DNA of 63,774 nt, counting the filler, from Octopus bimaculoides (taxonomy: Eukaryota): the NCBI RefSeq assembly GCF_001194135.2. It is 5 parts of 4 records of this genome, joined end to end, with 100 filler letters (N's around TTAATTAATTAA, not from the genome) between each part and the next. Parts side by side here need not be neighbours in the genome. Positions count along the whole stretch, not along the records: positions 35,363 to 56,128 come from NC_068990.1; 4 more parts are not named here. One strand, 5' to 3'. The position numbers and the translations under genes were made by a program. Under the pieces are notes generated by a model, which saw only the letters and a list, made by a program, of their open reading frames with translations, had not been told where the DNA came from and searched no databases. Each line of letters begins with the position of its first letter. Position 1 is the first letter of the stretch. Of this stretch, positions 35,741-48,860 are shown in pieces.

Positions 35741-37370
35741 AAGTCAAGGTATCAAATTGCTGGATCAGGTGATGAAAGTCATGGAGAGGGTAATAGCCCA
35801 ACAAATTAGGGAGAGAGTTGATTTAGATGAGATGCAGTTTGGGTTTGTGCCAAGGTAAAGCACCACTGATGCTATATTTCTGGTAAGATAGCTGCAGGAG
35901 ACATTCCTAGCCAAAGATAAACCTCTGTACTTGGCTTTTGTTGACATGGAGAAAGCCTTTAACAAGGTCCCCCGATACCTTATCTGGTGGTCAATGCAGA
36001 AACTAGGGGTAGATGAGTGGTTGGTGAGAGCTGTACAAGCCATGTGCAGGGATGCATTCAGTAAGGTGAGTGTTGGCAACGAGTATAGCAAGGAATCCCA
36101 GGTAGAAGTAGGGGTTCACCAAGGATCAGTCTCAGCCCCCTCTTGTTCATTATAGTCCTCCAGGCAATAACAGAGGAATTCAAGACAGGCTTCCCTTGAG
36201 AGTTCCTCTATGCTGATGACTTTGCTGTAATAGCTGAGTCACTACTAGAACTAGAGAAGAAGTTTCAGGTGTGGAAGCAAGGTCTAGAATCGAAGAGCCT
36301 TAGAATGAATCTAGCAAAAACCAAAGTCTCACTAAGTAGGAAGGCAGACAAATCACAAATCCTTTCAGGTAGATGACCTTGCTTGATCTGTAGAAAAGGC
36401 ATAGATAAAAACTTCATAAGATGTACCCAGTGTAAGCTAGGGATACATAAGAGGTGCAGCAATATCAAAGGAAGGTTAATTGGGAAGATAGATTTTGTGT
36501 GTGGAAGATGCACAGGTGCAATAAACACTGAAAATGTACAGAAAATAGGTTCCATCACATGCCAGGGGAAAAAAAAACTAGAAGAAGTTCATAGTTTCCA
36601 TTACCTCAGTGACCAAGTCAGTAGCAGGATGGATACTCTGAGAGTGAAACCGCTAAAATATAAGAATAGGCTGGGCAAAGTGTAGAGAGTTCCTACCTCT
36701 GCTAGTAACAAAGGGCCTCTCACTCAGAGTGAAAGGTAGATTTTATGATGCCTGTGTGCGAACAGCCATGCTACACAGCAGTGAAATTTGGGCTGTGACA
36801 CCTGAGGACATGTGTAGGCTTGAAAGAAATGAAGCTAGTATGCTCTGCTGGATGTGTAATGTCAGTGTGCATACACAACAGAGTGTAAGCACCCTGAGAG
36901 AAAAGTTGGACATAAGAAGCATTTGAAGTGGTGTGCAAGAGAGACGACTGTGCTGGTATGGTCATGTGATGCATATGGATGGGGACAGCTGTGTGAAGAA
37001 GTGTCACACCCTAACAGTGGAGGGAACTTGTGAAAGAGGTACACTCAGGAAGATATGGGATGAGGTGGTGAAGCATGACCTTCAAACATTGGATCTCACA
37101 GAGGCAATGACAATCAACCGAGACCTTTGAAGATATGCTGTGCTTGAGAAGACCTGGCAAGCCAAGTGAGAATGTTGCTGTGGCCAATGCCAGTGTCACA
37201 TAACTGNNNNNNNNNNTTGCTGTGGCCAATGCCAGTGTCACATAACTGGCTCGTTTAAAAGCACCCTTCATTTGTTGAGCGATATGGCATGCTTGTGAAG
37301 ACCTGTTGAACTGAATGAAATCAATCATAGTCGTGGCTGATGCCAGTGCAGCCTGACTGGCACCCATCAT
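35741..37370 (+). mobile_element. RTE-clade LINE, 5'-truncated, degenerate RT with embedded PHD-like finger, C-terminus and 3' UTR
   Basis: EMQFGFVP, AFVDMEKAF, GVHQGS, YADD (36209-36220), FHYL, RLCWYGHVM..RKIWDEVV. Confidence 0.92.
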
Positions 37371-37699
37371 ATCATTGCACATGTGTTACTGGAAGTCCAT
37401 AGCAAACATGTATTTTTTAAAATAGTAATTGTAGATATGAAGGTTTCTTTCAATTTCCATCAACTGAAGCTATACTAGAAGACACCTGTCCAAGGTGAGA
37501 CACTGGAATTAAACCTGGAACCATGAGGTTGGGAAGCAAGCTTCTAACTACACATGCCAGTGCATTTTTGGTGACTAAACTGGTTGAACAAAACATCTCC
37601 AGATACTGAAAGCCATCCATGTAAAGATGGATGAGCAACAGTGGAAATTAGAGGATGTTAGGTTAGGCTCAGGACAAAGGAGGAATCTAATCATATGAA

Positions 37700-39720
37700 A
37701 CTATTCGGAAACAACACTCCAGTGTTATGGGGTTTTTTTTTAACAGCTCTCTTAAACCTAGAGCAAATGTCATTGTTTTCCATAGAATTTTATCTATATA
37801 TTCTATGTAACTATTTCTAGTATTTCTATGTTATCCTTCTAGGCTGAACAATATTAATGTTTTCCAGTTCACAACATTTTCAGACTTAGATTAGGACCCT
37901 TAGTCTGAGGGAATTAATGCTAGAGCATCAAGCATGAAGAATAAATTTTGATGACAGTGAATGACTGTAGGGACTGAAATATTTGAAACATAGAAATGCA
38001 AATGGAAACCTTGAGTATTCTTCAATAATTATGAGCAAGAGTAGCAATAAGAGCTAGACATTGACAGAGCACCTTTAAAATCAATATTGTGATGTTCAAA
38101 TAGACTTGATAAGTTTGGAATGAATAGGATTGTAGAATCATGGTTTCAATCAGAACAGTAATGTTTCCACCAAAATGATTTTTAACATCCTCTAAAAAAG
38201 AAAGGCATTTTAAATCTGGCATAGTGCCATAATTAAGTCATTCTGGTGTGATACTAAAGCTTATGTAAGTCTGTAATTGTACAAAAAGGTATTATTGAGG
38301 AGCATCTGTTCAGATCATCTGCTGTTCTGTTCTCTTTGCCAGATATTTTTCAGCTGTCATAATTGTAGAGTAATAATTCCATGCACCAACGAAGAATCTT
38401 ATTCTTAATTCTTCTACTTTTGTGACTAAATATGAATAAAATTGCTCACTGTTCAGCGTTTTTATGTAAGATAGCATCAGTGTAAAAAAAGGTTCATTGT
38501 TTCTGAAGAGTTTTTATGATAGCTATAACTGTCTTTTCAATTGATGAAAGAGTTCTGGAAAAGAAAGTGACAGGTTTATTGCACTGTGAAAGGACAGCAG
38601 AAATTGTAGTGCCAGAGAAATCAGTTTCAGTATGTAGTGGAATTTCAGTTAAGATAAGTGAGAAAGGCATTAACTATTGAAGTTTTAAGCAGATAAATTG
38701 TATCTAGGTGTCTGTTTTGCAATGGAAAATAGGATTTAGCAGGGGTCAAATTAGTTCCAATGAAAGGATGCCTATTTGTCATAGTAAGTCAACAAATACC
38801 TGTTGTAGTTTTGTACCATTGATAGGGTAATCGATGAGGGAATTTCTTTCTTTCTGAATTAAAGAACATAGAACTTGTCTTTATTCCATATCCTTGGTTA
38901 CAAACATTTTCCAAACAAGGCATTTGTCATTTTCCAATGTAATGAGAAATTGCTTTGTAACTGAAATAAATGCAGATAGGTTCCCAGCATGATTCTCAAA
39001 ATTTTTACCGAGTACAATAATACCATTGAGAAAGGTGTGAACTTACATGATGGCATTGTTGGTAATTATACAACCATCATTATTTGAGGTGTACTGATGG
39101 CATTAGTAACAATAAAGGTTATCTTAATAAACTGAAATAAATGTCCAAAAGTTTGAAATAAAGTAACTAATTGTCATTTTAGAGTGGAATCTGAAGGTTT
39201 CTCCTTTCTACTTTGCTACAGGGTTTATTTGTAGGAAATAGAAGACACAAAATCTTCAATATCAGGAAGTGGCGAGGTGTCATGAAAGCAGCAGTAATTT
39301 ATCATTTGTGAGTAGTCAATATGCAGTATGTTAATTCTCCTTCTTTCTGGCTAACTTCTTGTTTGTGTTTCCCATGGAAACAGGGGAGGATCAATAATGC
39401 CATATTCAAGAAACTGTTTCATTTCCTTCTTAGTAAATAAATATTTTATTAACTGAAGAGAATTGGTGAGATTCAGTAGCTTTGTATAGGCGAGGAATAA
39501 TATGAAAAGAGGGTCACAAACATAGGAGCAAGTCAAGCAATAGCTAGATTTTTCAGTTGCTTCTCCATATTTGAATAAAACAGATATATCATTTCAGAAA
39601 GCCATGCTCCAGAATTACCAAAGCATACAAAATACGCAAAACATTTCCCTCCCTTCTATTTCTTAGCAAACTCTCTTTCTCTCCACCTCTTACTCTGAAA
39701 GCAAACAGAGATGGCAGCAC
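37700..39720 (-). mobile_element. Heavily decayed second Ty3/Gypsy pol fossil (RT-RH-IN)
   Basis: Manual minus-strand translation across frames: EYGIIDP..FPW, HIDYSQMIN, LFQFIKITF.VTNA, ETDFSGTTISAVLSQ..PVTFFSRTL, KILRWCMEL..GKENRTADDL, FKGAL, SD*GS. Confidence 0.75.
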
Positions 39721-40138
39721 CAACAGTTACCAGTCAAATTTCACACATGCATTTCATAAACTTTTTCAGAGAAAATAAAAAGAACCATAAGGGATTGACT
39801 GAAAAACAAAAGAGATAAAGTAACGGGTATCTAGATTAAGTTACCAGATTAATTTGAAAACATTTCTGAAATGTTACAAGTGGGAGACTCGTACAAATAC
39901 CTTTGTCTGTAAAACTAATGAGGCTACCCCAGTTGATCAACATCAAGACATCGGTTAGTCTAATATATATATTTCTGCCTCTATGGCAAATTTTAATGAA
40001 ATATAGTCTTATATATATATTTTTTTTTTATTTATTTATTTATGTGTTTCAGCCAAGTGGCTGCGGTCATGCTGGTAGGAACTTTTTCCCATTCCATTTT
40101 TCTCTATCTCCTTTTATTGTAGTAAGAATTGAATGTAC

Positions 40139-40175
<37 letters not shown>

Positions 40176-41143
40176 GTGCGTGTGCGCGCATGTGTGCGCG
40201 TGCGTGTGTGTGTGTGCATGTGTGTGTATGTATGTGTGTGTGTATGCGTGTGTGTCTTTTATCTTTTTCTTATTTCAATGCCCCAGATTGTGGCCATGCT
40301 TGGGTAACACCTTCAAAGGTTTCGGTCAAACAAATTAACCACTGGACTTATTTTTTTAAAAGCCTAATACTTATTCTATTGATCTCTTTTGCTGAGCCAC
40401 TAAGTTATAGACATAAGCAAACCAACAGCAGTTGTCAAGCAGTGTTGGGGAACAACTACATTCACAAACACACACACACACACACACANNNNNNNNNNNN
40501 NNNNNNNNNNNNNNNNNNNNNNNNNNNNNNNNNNNNNNNNNNNNNNNNNNNNNNNNNNNNNNNNNNNNNNNNNNNNNNNNNNNNNNNNNNNNNNNNNNNN
40601 NNNNNNNNNNNNNNNNNNNNNNNNNNNNNNNNNNNNNNNNNNNNNNNNNNNNNNNNNNNNNNNNNNNNNNNNNNNNNNNNNNNNNNNNNNNNNNNNNNNN
40701 NNNNNNNNNNNNNNNNNNNNNNNNNNNNNNNNNNNNNNNNNNNNNNNNNNNNNNNNNNNNNNNNNNNNNNNNNNNNNNNNNNNNNNNNNNNNNNNNNNNN
40801 NNNNNNNNNNNNNNNNNNNNTTTCAGTTTCTGCCTACCAAATCGTCCCACAAAGCTTTGGTTGGCCTGAGGTTATAGTAGAAGACACTTGCCCAAAATCC
40901 TACTGTGTGGCACTAAACCTGGAACCATGTTGTTGGGAAGCAAGCTTCCTACCACACGGCCACACTTATATATAATGGCAAGAAACTATTAGTAGCACTT
41001 ATTTCAATACAGTGTACATTAAATGATATTTATCTTTGGATAGAATGCTTTTTGTTGATTTTACCTTAATGGAACAGAAAACAATGTGTGTGTGCGTGTG
41101 TGTGTGTGTGCATGAGTGCATGCGGGCGAGCGGGCGGGCGTGT

Positions 41144-41174
<31 letters not shown>

Positions 41175-41474
41175 AATATATTGTTGATGTCATAACTTTC
41201 AAGAGAACATGAAATACTTATTCTAGGGGAATAGTGAATTTCAAAGCACATAAAACTGCAAATAATGGTATGTAGATATTGGACTGAAAAAACCCTTTTG
41301 GATTAAAAAAAAAAAAGTCAAGACTGTCTGTCAGATTCAAACTCACACATGTAGACATGACAGGCATTTTACATCTAAAATTTATATGCTACTATTTATA
41401 GCTTTACATGTTTTGAGATCCACTATTCTAAAAAGAATTATCAAAAAATGTTTATAAATTCTTATGATGATGAT

Positions 41475-42095
41475 GATCATCATCATCGTTGTTTAACGTC
41501 CGCTTTCCATGCTAGCATGGGTTGGACAATTTGACTGAGGACTGGTGAAACGAGATGGCTACACCAGGCTCCAATCTGATTTGGCAGAGTTTCTACAGCT
41601 GGATGCCCTTCCTAATGCCAACCACTCCAAGAGTGTAGTAGGTGATTTTACGTGCCACCGGCACGAAGGCCAGTCAAGTGGTACTGGCAACGGCCACGCT
41701 CAAAATGGTGTATTTTACGTGCCACCTGCACAGGAGCCAGTTCGGCAGCACTGGCAACGATCTCGCTCGAATGTCTTTACACATGCCATCCGGTACAAGT
41801 GCCAGGAAGGCGATGCTGGGCACAGGTGCCATGACGGTTTCGCTTTCGCTTGCCCCAATAGGTCTTTGCAAGCCGGGTTTCGTTTCCAATGAAGGAGACG
41901 ACATTGGCAAGCAGAGTTTAGTGTCCAATGAAGGAAGGTACATATAAGTGGGCTGGCTGAGGCCTTCAATTTAAGTCTCATTTGGCTTGCTGGGTCTTCT
42001 CACGCACAGCATATTTCCAAAAGTCTCGGTCAGAAGTCATCGCCTCTGTGAGGCCCAATGTTCGAAGGTCGTGCCTCACCACCTCATCCCAGGTC
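41475..42095 (-). mobile_element. RTE-LINE 3' end with multi-repeat 3' UTR
   Basis: (CAT)n tail, repeated CGTGCCACC..CAG..GCA.TGGCAACG units and ORF end (KTWDEVVRHDL) at ~42060-42095. Confidence 0.9.
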
Positions 42096-43576
42096 TTCCT
42101 GAGCCTAATAACATTCAATGCTTGTTGGTAACGATAATGTAACTAAAATGGACAGAGAAATTCAAAGGATTGCTTTGGTTTCTAATGGTAGAAATACTGT
42201 TATATCTACAGGAAATGTAGGCTTAAGTCCCAAGGGTAGCCATCAACTTTTTCTATCCAAAAGGGTTTCTCAACCCTATATTTACTTGCTATTATTTATA
42301 GCTTTGTGTAATCTGAGATCCACTGCTTTAAAGCAAGTACAAAAATATATATACACATAAGAAGCACTCAGTCCACTCTGTAAGGTGGTTGGTGTTAGGA
42401 AGGGCATCCAGCCATAAAATCCCTGCCAAAATAGGGAGTGAAGCCTGGTGCAGTCTTCTGCCAAACCAGCCCCTGTCAAACCATCCAACCCATGCCAACA
42501 TGGAAAATAGATGTTAAATGATGATAATGATAATGATGAGGATGATATATATATAAAATATGCTGGACAAATAATGCATTCATGGTAAGAGTCAGCACAG
42601 CAGAAAAACAGTACCTTTGTTTATAGGTTGATTTTTTTTTTTTGGTCATGATGGCAACAGAATGCTCATTGCTTGGAGAGTAGCTGACATTTTGCTGCAA
42701 TTCTAGATAGGGCATTCAGAAGAAGGAAAGATTGCTGACAAACCTCTGCATTTCTTTGAGCACCTCCAGGAAACAAGCTTGGGTTACTGATTGTCCCAAA
42801 TTCAGTAAAGCAGTTTCAAGGAACTTACATCAAGTATGATCAGATAAGACCCCAGAAATAAATTAATCCATTAACACTCTCCTCTTAATATGCATTAACA
42901 ACTGTTGTCCAAAATTTTATATAGTCTTCCAAGATTACATAGATATGTGGCATAACATTCAATTCTTCATCTGGTTGCTGTTTAATAACTGGAATTGTAA
43001 TCTGCAGAATATTACATCTTGCTGTTTATTCAAGGTGTAATTGAGAGTAACAATTGTTGCATTATAGTTGATGCAATCAGCAATATGGCTGAAGATTTAA
43101 GATTAGATGAAGTCTGTAAGCAGAATGAGTCTGCTGTTGTTAAAATTGGAAAAGAAAGGACATATTTGATAATGTCTTCATCATCATCATCATCATCATT
43201 ATCATCATTTAATGTCTGTTTTCCTGTTGGTATGGGTTGGACAGTTTAACCAGAGGCTGCATCAAGCTCCATCATTTGTTCTGGCATGACTTCTACAGCT
43301 AGATGCCCTTCCTAGTACCAACCGCTCCACAGAGTGTACTGTGTGCTTTTTATGTGGCACCAGTGCTTTTAATGTGACCTCAGCATGAATTCCTTTTATG
43401 TGGCACCAGTACTGATATCAATTCTGCTGTGGCATACAGTCTTCTTGAGTACAGCCAGATACACTGGATATAAAATATGTCTGGAAAATGGATTATATGA
43501 TCGACATTGGAAAGCCTTTGCTATTACTCTACTCAAAAAAGGTAAACCTGGGGTTAAACAAAACAGCAGCATATAG

Positions 43577-43982
43577 CTCTTTACTCATTTTTTTTTTACT
43601 TATTTCAGTCATTTGACTGTGGCCATGCTGGAGCACCACCTTTAGTCGAGCAAATCGACCCCAGGAAGCCTAGTACTTATTCTATCGCTCTCTTTTGCTG
43701 AACCGCTAAGTTACGGGGACGTAAACACACCAGCATTGGTTGTCAAGCGATGTTGGGGGGACAAACACAGACACACAAACATATACACACACATACATAT
43801 ATATATATATACATATATACGACAGGCTTCTTTCAGTTTCTATCTACCAAATCCACTCACAAGGCTTTGGTCGGCCTGAGGCTATAGTAGAAGACACTTG
43901 TCCAAGGTGCCACGCAGTGGGACTGAACCCAAAACCATGTGGTTGGTAAGCAAGCTACTTACCACACAGCCACCCCTGCGCC
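43577..43982 (-). mobile_element. SINE family A, full-length young copy (reference)
   Basis: Head GGCGCAGGGGTGGCTGTGTGG / GGGTTCAGTCCC, CORE-like ACCTTGGACAAGTG, internal (TA/TG)n, ~190-bp tail. Confidence 0.9.
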
Positions 43983-45903
43983 CTTCTGAAACTTCTACAC
44001 ATGATATATGTCTCTTATAAGAGATATCACATAACATAAGTTTTTCTTATTGGAAGTATTCATAAGGGTACAGTCTTGTCCATGTGTTTTTCAGGAGTTG
44101 ATTTTGCATGGCCTCTGCTTAACTAATGTGGGTGAAATTTGGTAGGAGGAAACTGTACTGCTGACCTGTACAATATATATCATCACCATCATCATCATTA
44201 TCATCATCAACGTTGTTTTAACGTCCAATTTTTCATGCTTGCATGGGTCAGAGGAAATTTATTAAGGCAGGTCGATGCCTTTCCTGGTGCCAACCCTCAC
44301 CTGTTTTCAAGTAAAGGGATGCTTGCCCTTTGCCAGACATGTTTTCATGTAAGATTGGAAATGAAGGACATTATTTGTATGACAGTGAGGCTCATTGACA
44401 ACTAATGTATGAAGACAAGGACACATGAATGTGCACATTCACACATACGTATGCATTTATGAAATATATATGATACACACACACACACACACAAACGCAC
44501 ACACACACATGTATATATACATATATACACATACATACATACATGTATATATATATATATATGTTTATATATATATATGTTAGTGGATTTATATATTCTT
44601 ATATAAGAATAACAATTTTATACTCTACAAACACATAGAGTAACCCATCAGACTAATGTAAAATTGTTTCTGAGGTCAACTTTGCCTTTCATCCTTTCAG
44701 GGTCGGTAAATTAAGTACCAGTGAAACACTGGGGTCGGTGTAATTGACTCATCCCCTCTCACAAAATTTCAGACCTTGTATCTATAGTAGAATGGATTAT
44801 AACTAAACATAAAAACAAACATTAATATATGTGTGTATGTATGTATGTCATTATCCAGTTTTATTTCAAGATTCCTTGCCAATAAAGAGTCAGTTTCTAA
44901 CCTAGATCTAAAACTCCTTCATTGGAATTTCAACAACATCAATAGGGTATTTTTGCATGTATGTATATATATATGTATGTATGTATGTATGTATGCAGAT
45001 TTGTATGGGGTTTTTTATGTATGTATTCTCATGCATATAGTTACATAGCTAGACATGTTCATGTAATGTATGTATGTATGTATGCATGAGTATTTGTGTA
45101 TATGTGTGTTCTTATCTTTTGTTAATCAGTAAAATTTATATCAGTAAAAGATATAAATTACCAGTGAAAAAACAAAACAGTAAAAGGAAGAATGAAAGTT
45201 CTTTTCAAACAAACTATTCAGTTATATACATTCCTTTGTTGATGTCACTGTTAAAGCAGCAGTGAACTGGTTACTGGAAATCTGTATCCAACAACTCCAA
45301 CACTCGACATCAGTTGTAATATAAAGGAAAATAAATAAATACATAATGTAAGATAGCTGATTGCATCAAATCTGAGCAGGAACTTTATTATAAATCATTA
45401 TATATTACTTCTTTCTGGGAATTTCTGTATGTGGTGGGAAGAGTTTTACAAGAGATTTTCCAGATTCTATGACAATAAGTTGATGAGAAATAATCATTTC
45501 TTTTAATAGTGACACTTGAGAGTACTGCAGGCTTGTACCAGCTGTGATATTACATCAAGCTCAAACTTAAAACTAATGAAACAGTTATAGATTGCTTCAA
45601 GTGGTTGCAACAGGGAATGCTATATCCCATCATAATGAATGAGAAACAACTATAGGATTTATAGCAAATGTGGTGTTTGAATCCCAAGGTAATGTTATAA
45701 CATTTTCTCTTTTCTTCTTGTATATATATATGGTGTAACTGTGTGGTAAGAAGTTTGCTTCTTAACTATACGGTTCCAGGTCCAGTCCCACTACATGGTA
45801 CCTTGAGCAAGTGTCTTCTACTATAGTTTTGGGCCAACCAAAGCCATGTGATTAGATTGGTAGACAGAAACTGAAAGAAGCCTGTCATATATATATATAT
45901 ATA

Positions 45904-45970
<67 letters not shown>

Positions 45971-46146
45971 TTATATATATATATATAAATAAATGGAGTT
46001 AAGTACTAGGGTCAGTTCATTCAACTAAAATTCTTCAAGGTGGTGCTCCAGCATGGCAGCAGTCTAATGACTGAAATAAGTAAATGACAGACGATATATA
46101 AATATACATATTTTAATATATTTTATAGTGGAGCATGCCAGTTTAT

Positions 46147-46207
46147 GGGGTTACCTTGGGTTTCTCGCTCATAAGGGGTTTAGTCTTATGGCGTATCTTC
46201 AGACCTC
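46147..46207 (-). ncRNA. Hammerhead ribozyme, module D left arm (core intact)
   Basis: GAGGT-CTGAAGA-TACGCCATAAG..CTTATGAGCGA-GAAA-CCCAAGG-TA-ACCCC. Confidence 0.8.
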
Positions 46208-46287
46208 AAACACTGCTGGCCTGAGACCTCTTTAAAATATCTAAAATGTTTAAGATATTTTAAAGAGGTCTCAGACCAGCAATGTTT

Positions 46288-46347
46288 GGGGTCTGAAAAT
46301 ATGCTGTAAGGTTAAACCCCTTATGAGCAAAAACCCAGGGTAACCCC
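46288..46347 (+). ncRNA. Degenerate HHR, module D right arm
   Basis: GGGGT-CTGAAAA-...-AAAA-CCCAGGG-TA-ACCCC; stems intact, core mutated. Confidence 0.6.
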
Positions 46348-46773
46348 ATAAACCTCACCATAACATTAACTACTCTACATCTTAGGGTATGCTTCTACTA
46401 ACGATCCATATATATATANNNNNNNNNNNNNNNNNNNNNNNNATATATATGTATTTATATATATTTCTATACCAAAATTAGGCAAAAATATTGTATCTGT
46501 TAACAAATGTAGCAAAATACTCACAAGTGACTTTTTGTACTTATATCGATTTAAATGAGAGCTCAAAACTGATCCATTGAAAATACTTTATTCTAATAAT
46601 GATCTATGAAAATTTCGATGCAATATCCAGATTGATTCATGCATATTATAAAATATGGGATACTGCATCTCCTCAGGGCCTTATTAGTAGCAGGCAGACA
46701 ATAAAAATAGATAACATTCATATACAACATTCATAGTTGACCTATGAAAACATGCAAAAAAACAAGTTGAAAA

Positions 46774-46816
<43 letters not shown>

Positions 46817-46897
46817 TGATATTTACTATTCAACCACACCACCAACAACAAATACATGGCATGTAGATTAATGGGTTCACTACAACTAAGTTCTGAT

Positions 46898-47123
46898 TTA
46901 GCCATTACCATTTAAACTGGTCATATCTGACCCAAATATTCTACCCTCTTTGTGTTCAAACTGGTCAAATACAGCCTCTCACACCTGTATTGACAAAGTC
47001 ATTCTTAAAATAAGCAATTACATCATCAAAATCTCGAAGGTATGAGATAATGCATGATAAACTCAGAAGAATGTGAACGAATATTTATTATTTGACAGAA
47101 TAATCTGAATGCTAAAGAGTTAA
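46898..47123. mobile_element. piggyBac-type MITE (truncated copies at ~54646-54795 and ~59105-59285)
   Basis: Ends ...CTGAATGCTAAAGAG-TTAA; degenerate complementary 5' end; three copies in the window. Confidence 0.6.
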
Positions 47124-48171
47124 AGCAATGATTGTTATAATCTGTTTTCATGGACAGAAGGATGAAGACTAATTATCTTCAGAGAAGTAGCCAACTAGCT
47201 TTGAAAAGGTCACCTCCTAATTTGTTTCTGTGCAAAGAGAATAACAAGATTTACTTACACCTGTTTAAATTTCATGGTAAAATCTTTAATAAAGCATAAT
47301 TTTGTTTAGCTACATTAAATTTATTAAAGATTATACTGTGTATAAAATATTTATTAATCATACGTATGTGCCCATACAAAAAAAAATAAAATCTAACACT
47401 TGTGATAAGACATGACCTCATTAACCTTCTAAGATCAGCAGCAATTTTCAGAAGATTGACTTAACATTCAGATAAATACAACCAGAAAAACGATAATCAT
47501 TTATGGAAGTTAGTTAGAAACTAATACAAAATGACAAGCTTCAATTTCTAAATGCAATGGAAACTAATAATTGAGAAGGACAACTGGAATATAATTGTGT
47601 TATAAGCAATAATTACAAGCATATGCATTACATTATGCATTAAGCAAATACAATTCACAAATAAATTGCATTAATGACCAATAGTCAACTGGTTAGAGAG
47701 TATTTTCAGGAATTACTTATATAATCTTTTAGTGATACTTTAATAGACTGTAGTGTTTTTGTCTTTAATTCTAACATTTTCCCACACTGCTAATGTATGT
47801 ACATTGATTATATATATATATATATATATCCACAGGAAGATACATCATTATCAACTAATCACAGGATAGATAATTTAGTAGCAACATAGTTTTCCAATTA
47901 ATACTTCATTGATGTGTTCATTTCTTTTCCAACTTAGCGTAGCATCATGTTTCAGTTTTGAAAGTAAACTATTGTCTTTCCTATAATGAACGCATAGGGT
48001 TCTTTAGTAAAGAGGAACAGGATTGATTCGTCTGAAATTTCATATAGATATTCTTTCACACTGCACATCACATAACACGCAACATGCAACTTATAAACAA
48101 AAATATTGTTTATTTCCTTTATTTTTAACAACAAAAATATCAGTTATTTGACCTAAATCTTTGCCATCTGA

Positions 48172-48535
48172 CATACTCTTACTCTTTTACTTGTTTCTGT
48201 CATTTGACTGTAGCCATGCTGGAGCACCGCCTTTAGTCGAGCAAATTGACCCCAGGACTTATTCTTTAGAAGCCTAGTACTTATTCTATCGGTCTCTTTT
48301 TGCTGAACCGCTAGGTTAAGAGGGACATAAACACACCGGCATCGGTTGTCAAGCAATGCTAGGGGGACAAACATACACACACACATACATATATATACAT
48401 ATATACGACGGGCTTCTTTCAGTTTCAGTCTACCAAATCCACTCACAAGGCTTTGGTCGGCCCGAGGCTATAGTAGAAAACACTTGCCCAAGGTGCCACG
48501 CAGTGGGAATGAACCCGGAACCATGTAGTTGGTAA
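48172..48535 (-). mobile_element. SINE family A, young copy, head slightly truncated
   Basis: High identity to 43577-43982. Confidence 0.9.
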
Positions 48536-48539
48536 GCAA

Positions 48540-48860
48540 TTTACATAACTTAGACAACTTTGGTTTCAGCCAGTATAGGCCCAGGCCATATCTAACTTAA
48601 GCTTCATACTGCAACACCATTGAATTTATGCTTGACCTATTGCAGCAATGAATATGTCTTCACTCTTCTGTAACTATAGAAGAGGTGCTCAACAGAACAT
48701 GACGAAGTAGTAATGGGTGCCAATATACTAGTAATTCTGTTGAAGAATGGTAGTATGCCATGAAGATCATTCTTGTAAACAATTTCAACTATTGCAGTTG
48801 CCTGGTCCATAACAATCATTTTATATATTACATTTTCTCCTTTTAGAAACTCCAAATCTG
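48540..48860 (-). pseudogene. hAT transposase C-terminal dimerisation-domain fossil
   Basis: ILAPITTSSCSVEHLFYSYRRVKTY matches the hAT pattern xxxP.TS.S.ERxFS.LRRxKTY. Confidence 0.7.

Larger units (their letters stand above)
46141..46353. repeat. Inverted-repeat module D (arms 46141-46243 / 46251-46353) carrying two HHR motifs
   Basis: ~100-bp arms, ~7-nt spacer, roughly 85% complementary. Confidence 0.95.

Noticed and set aside
37175-37248. 32-bp direct repeat in the LINE 3' UTR
   Set aside because: Identical copies flank a 10-N gap; unmerged contig overlap
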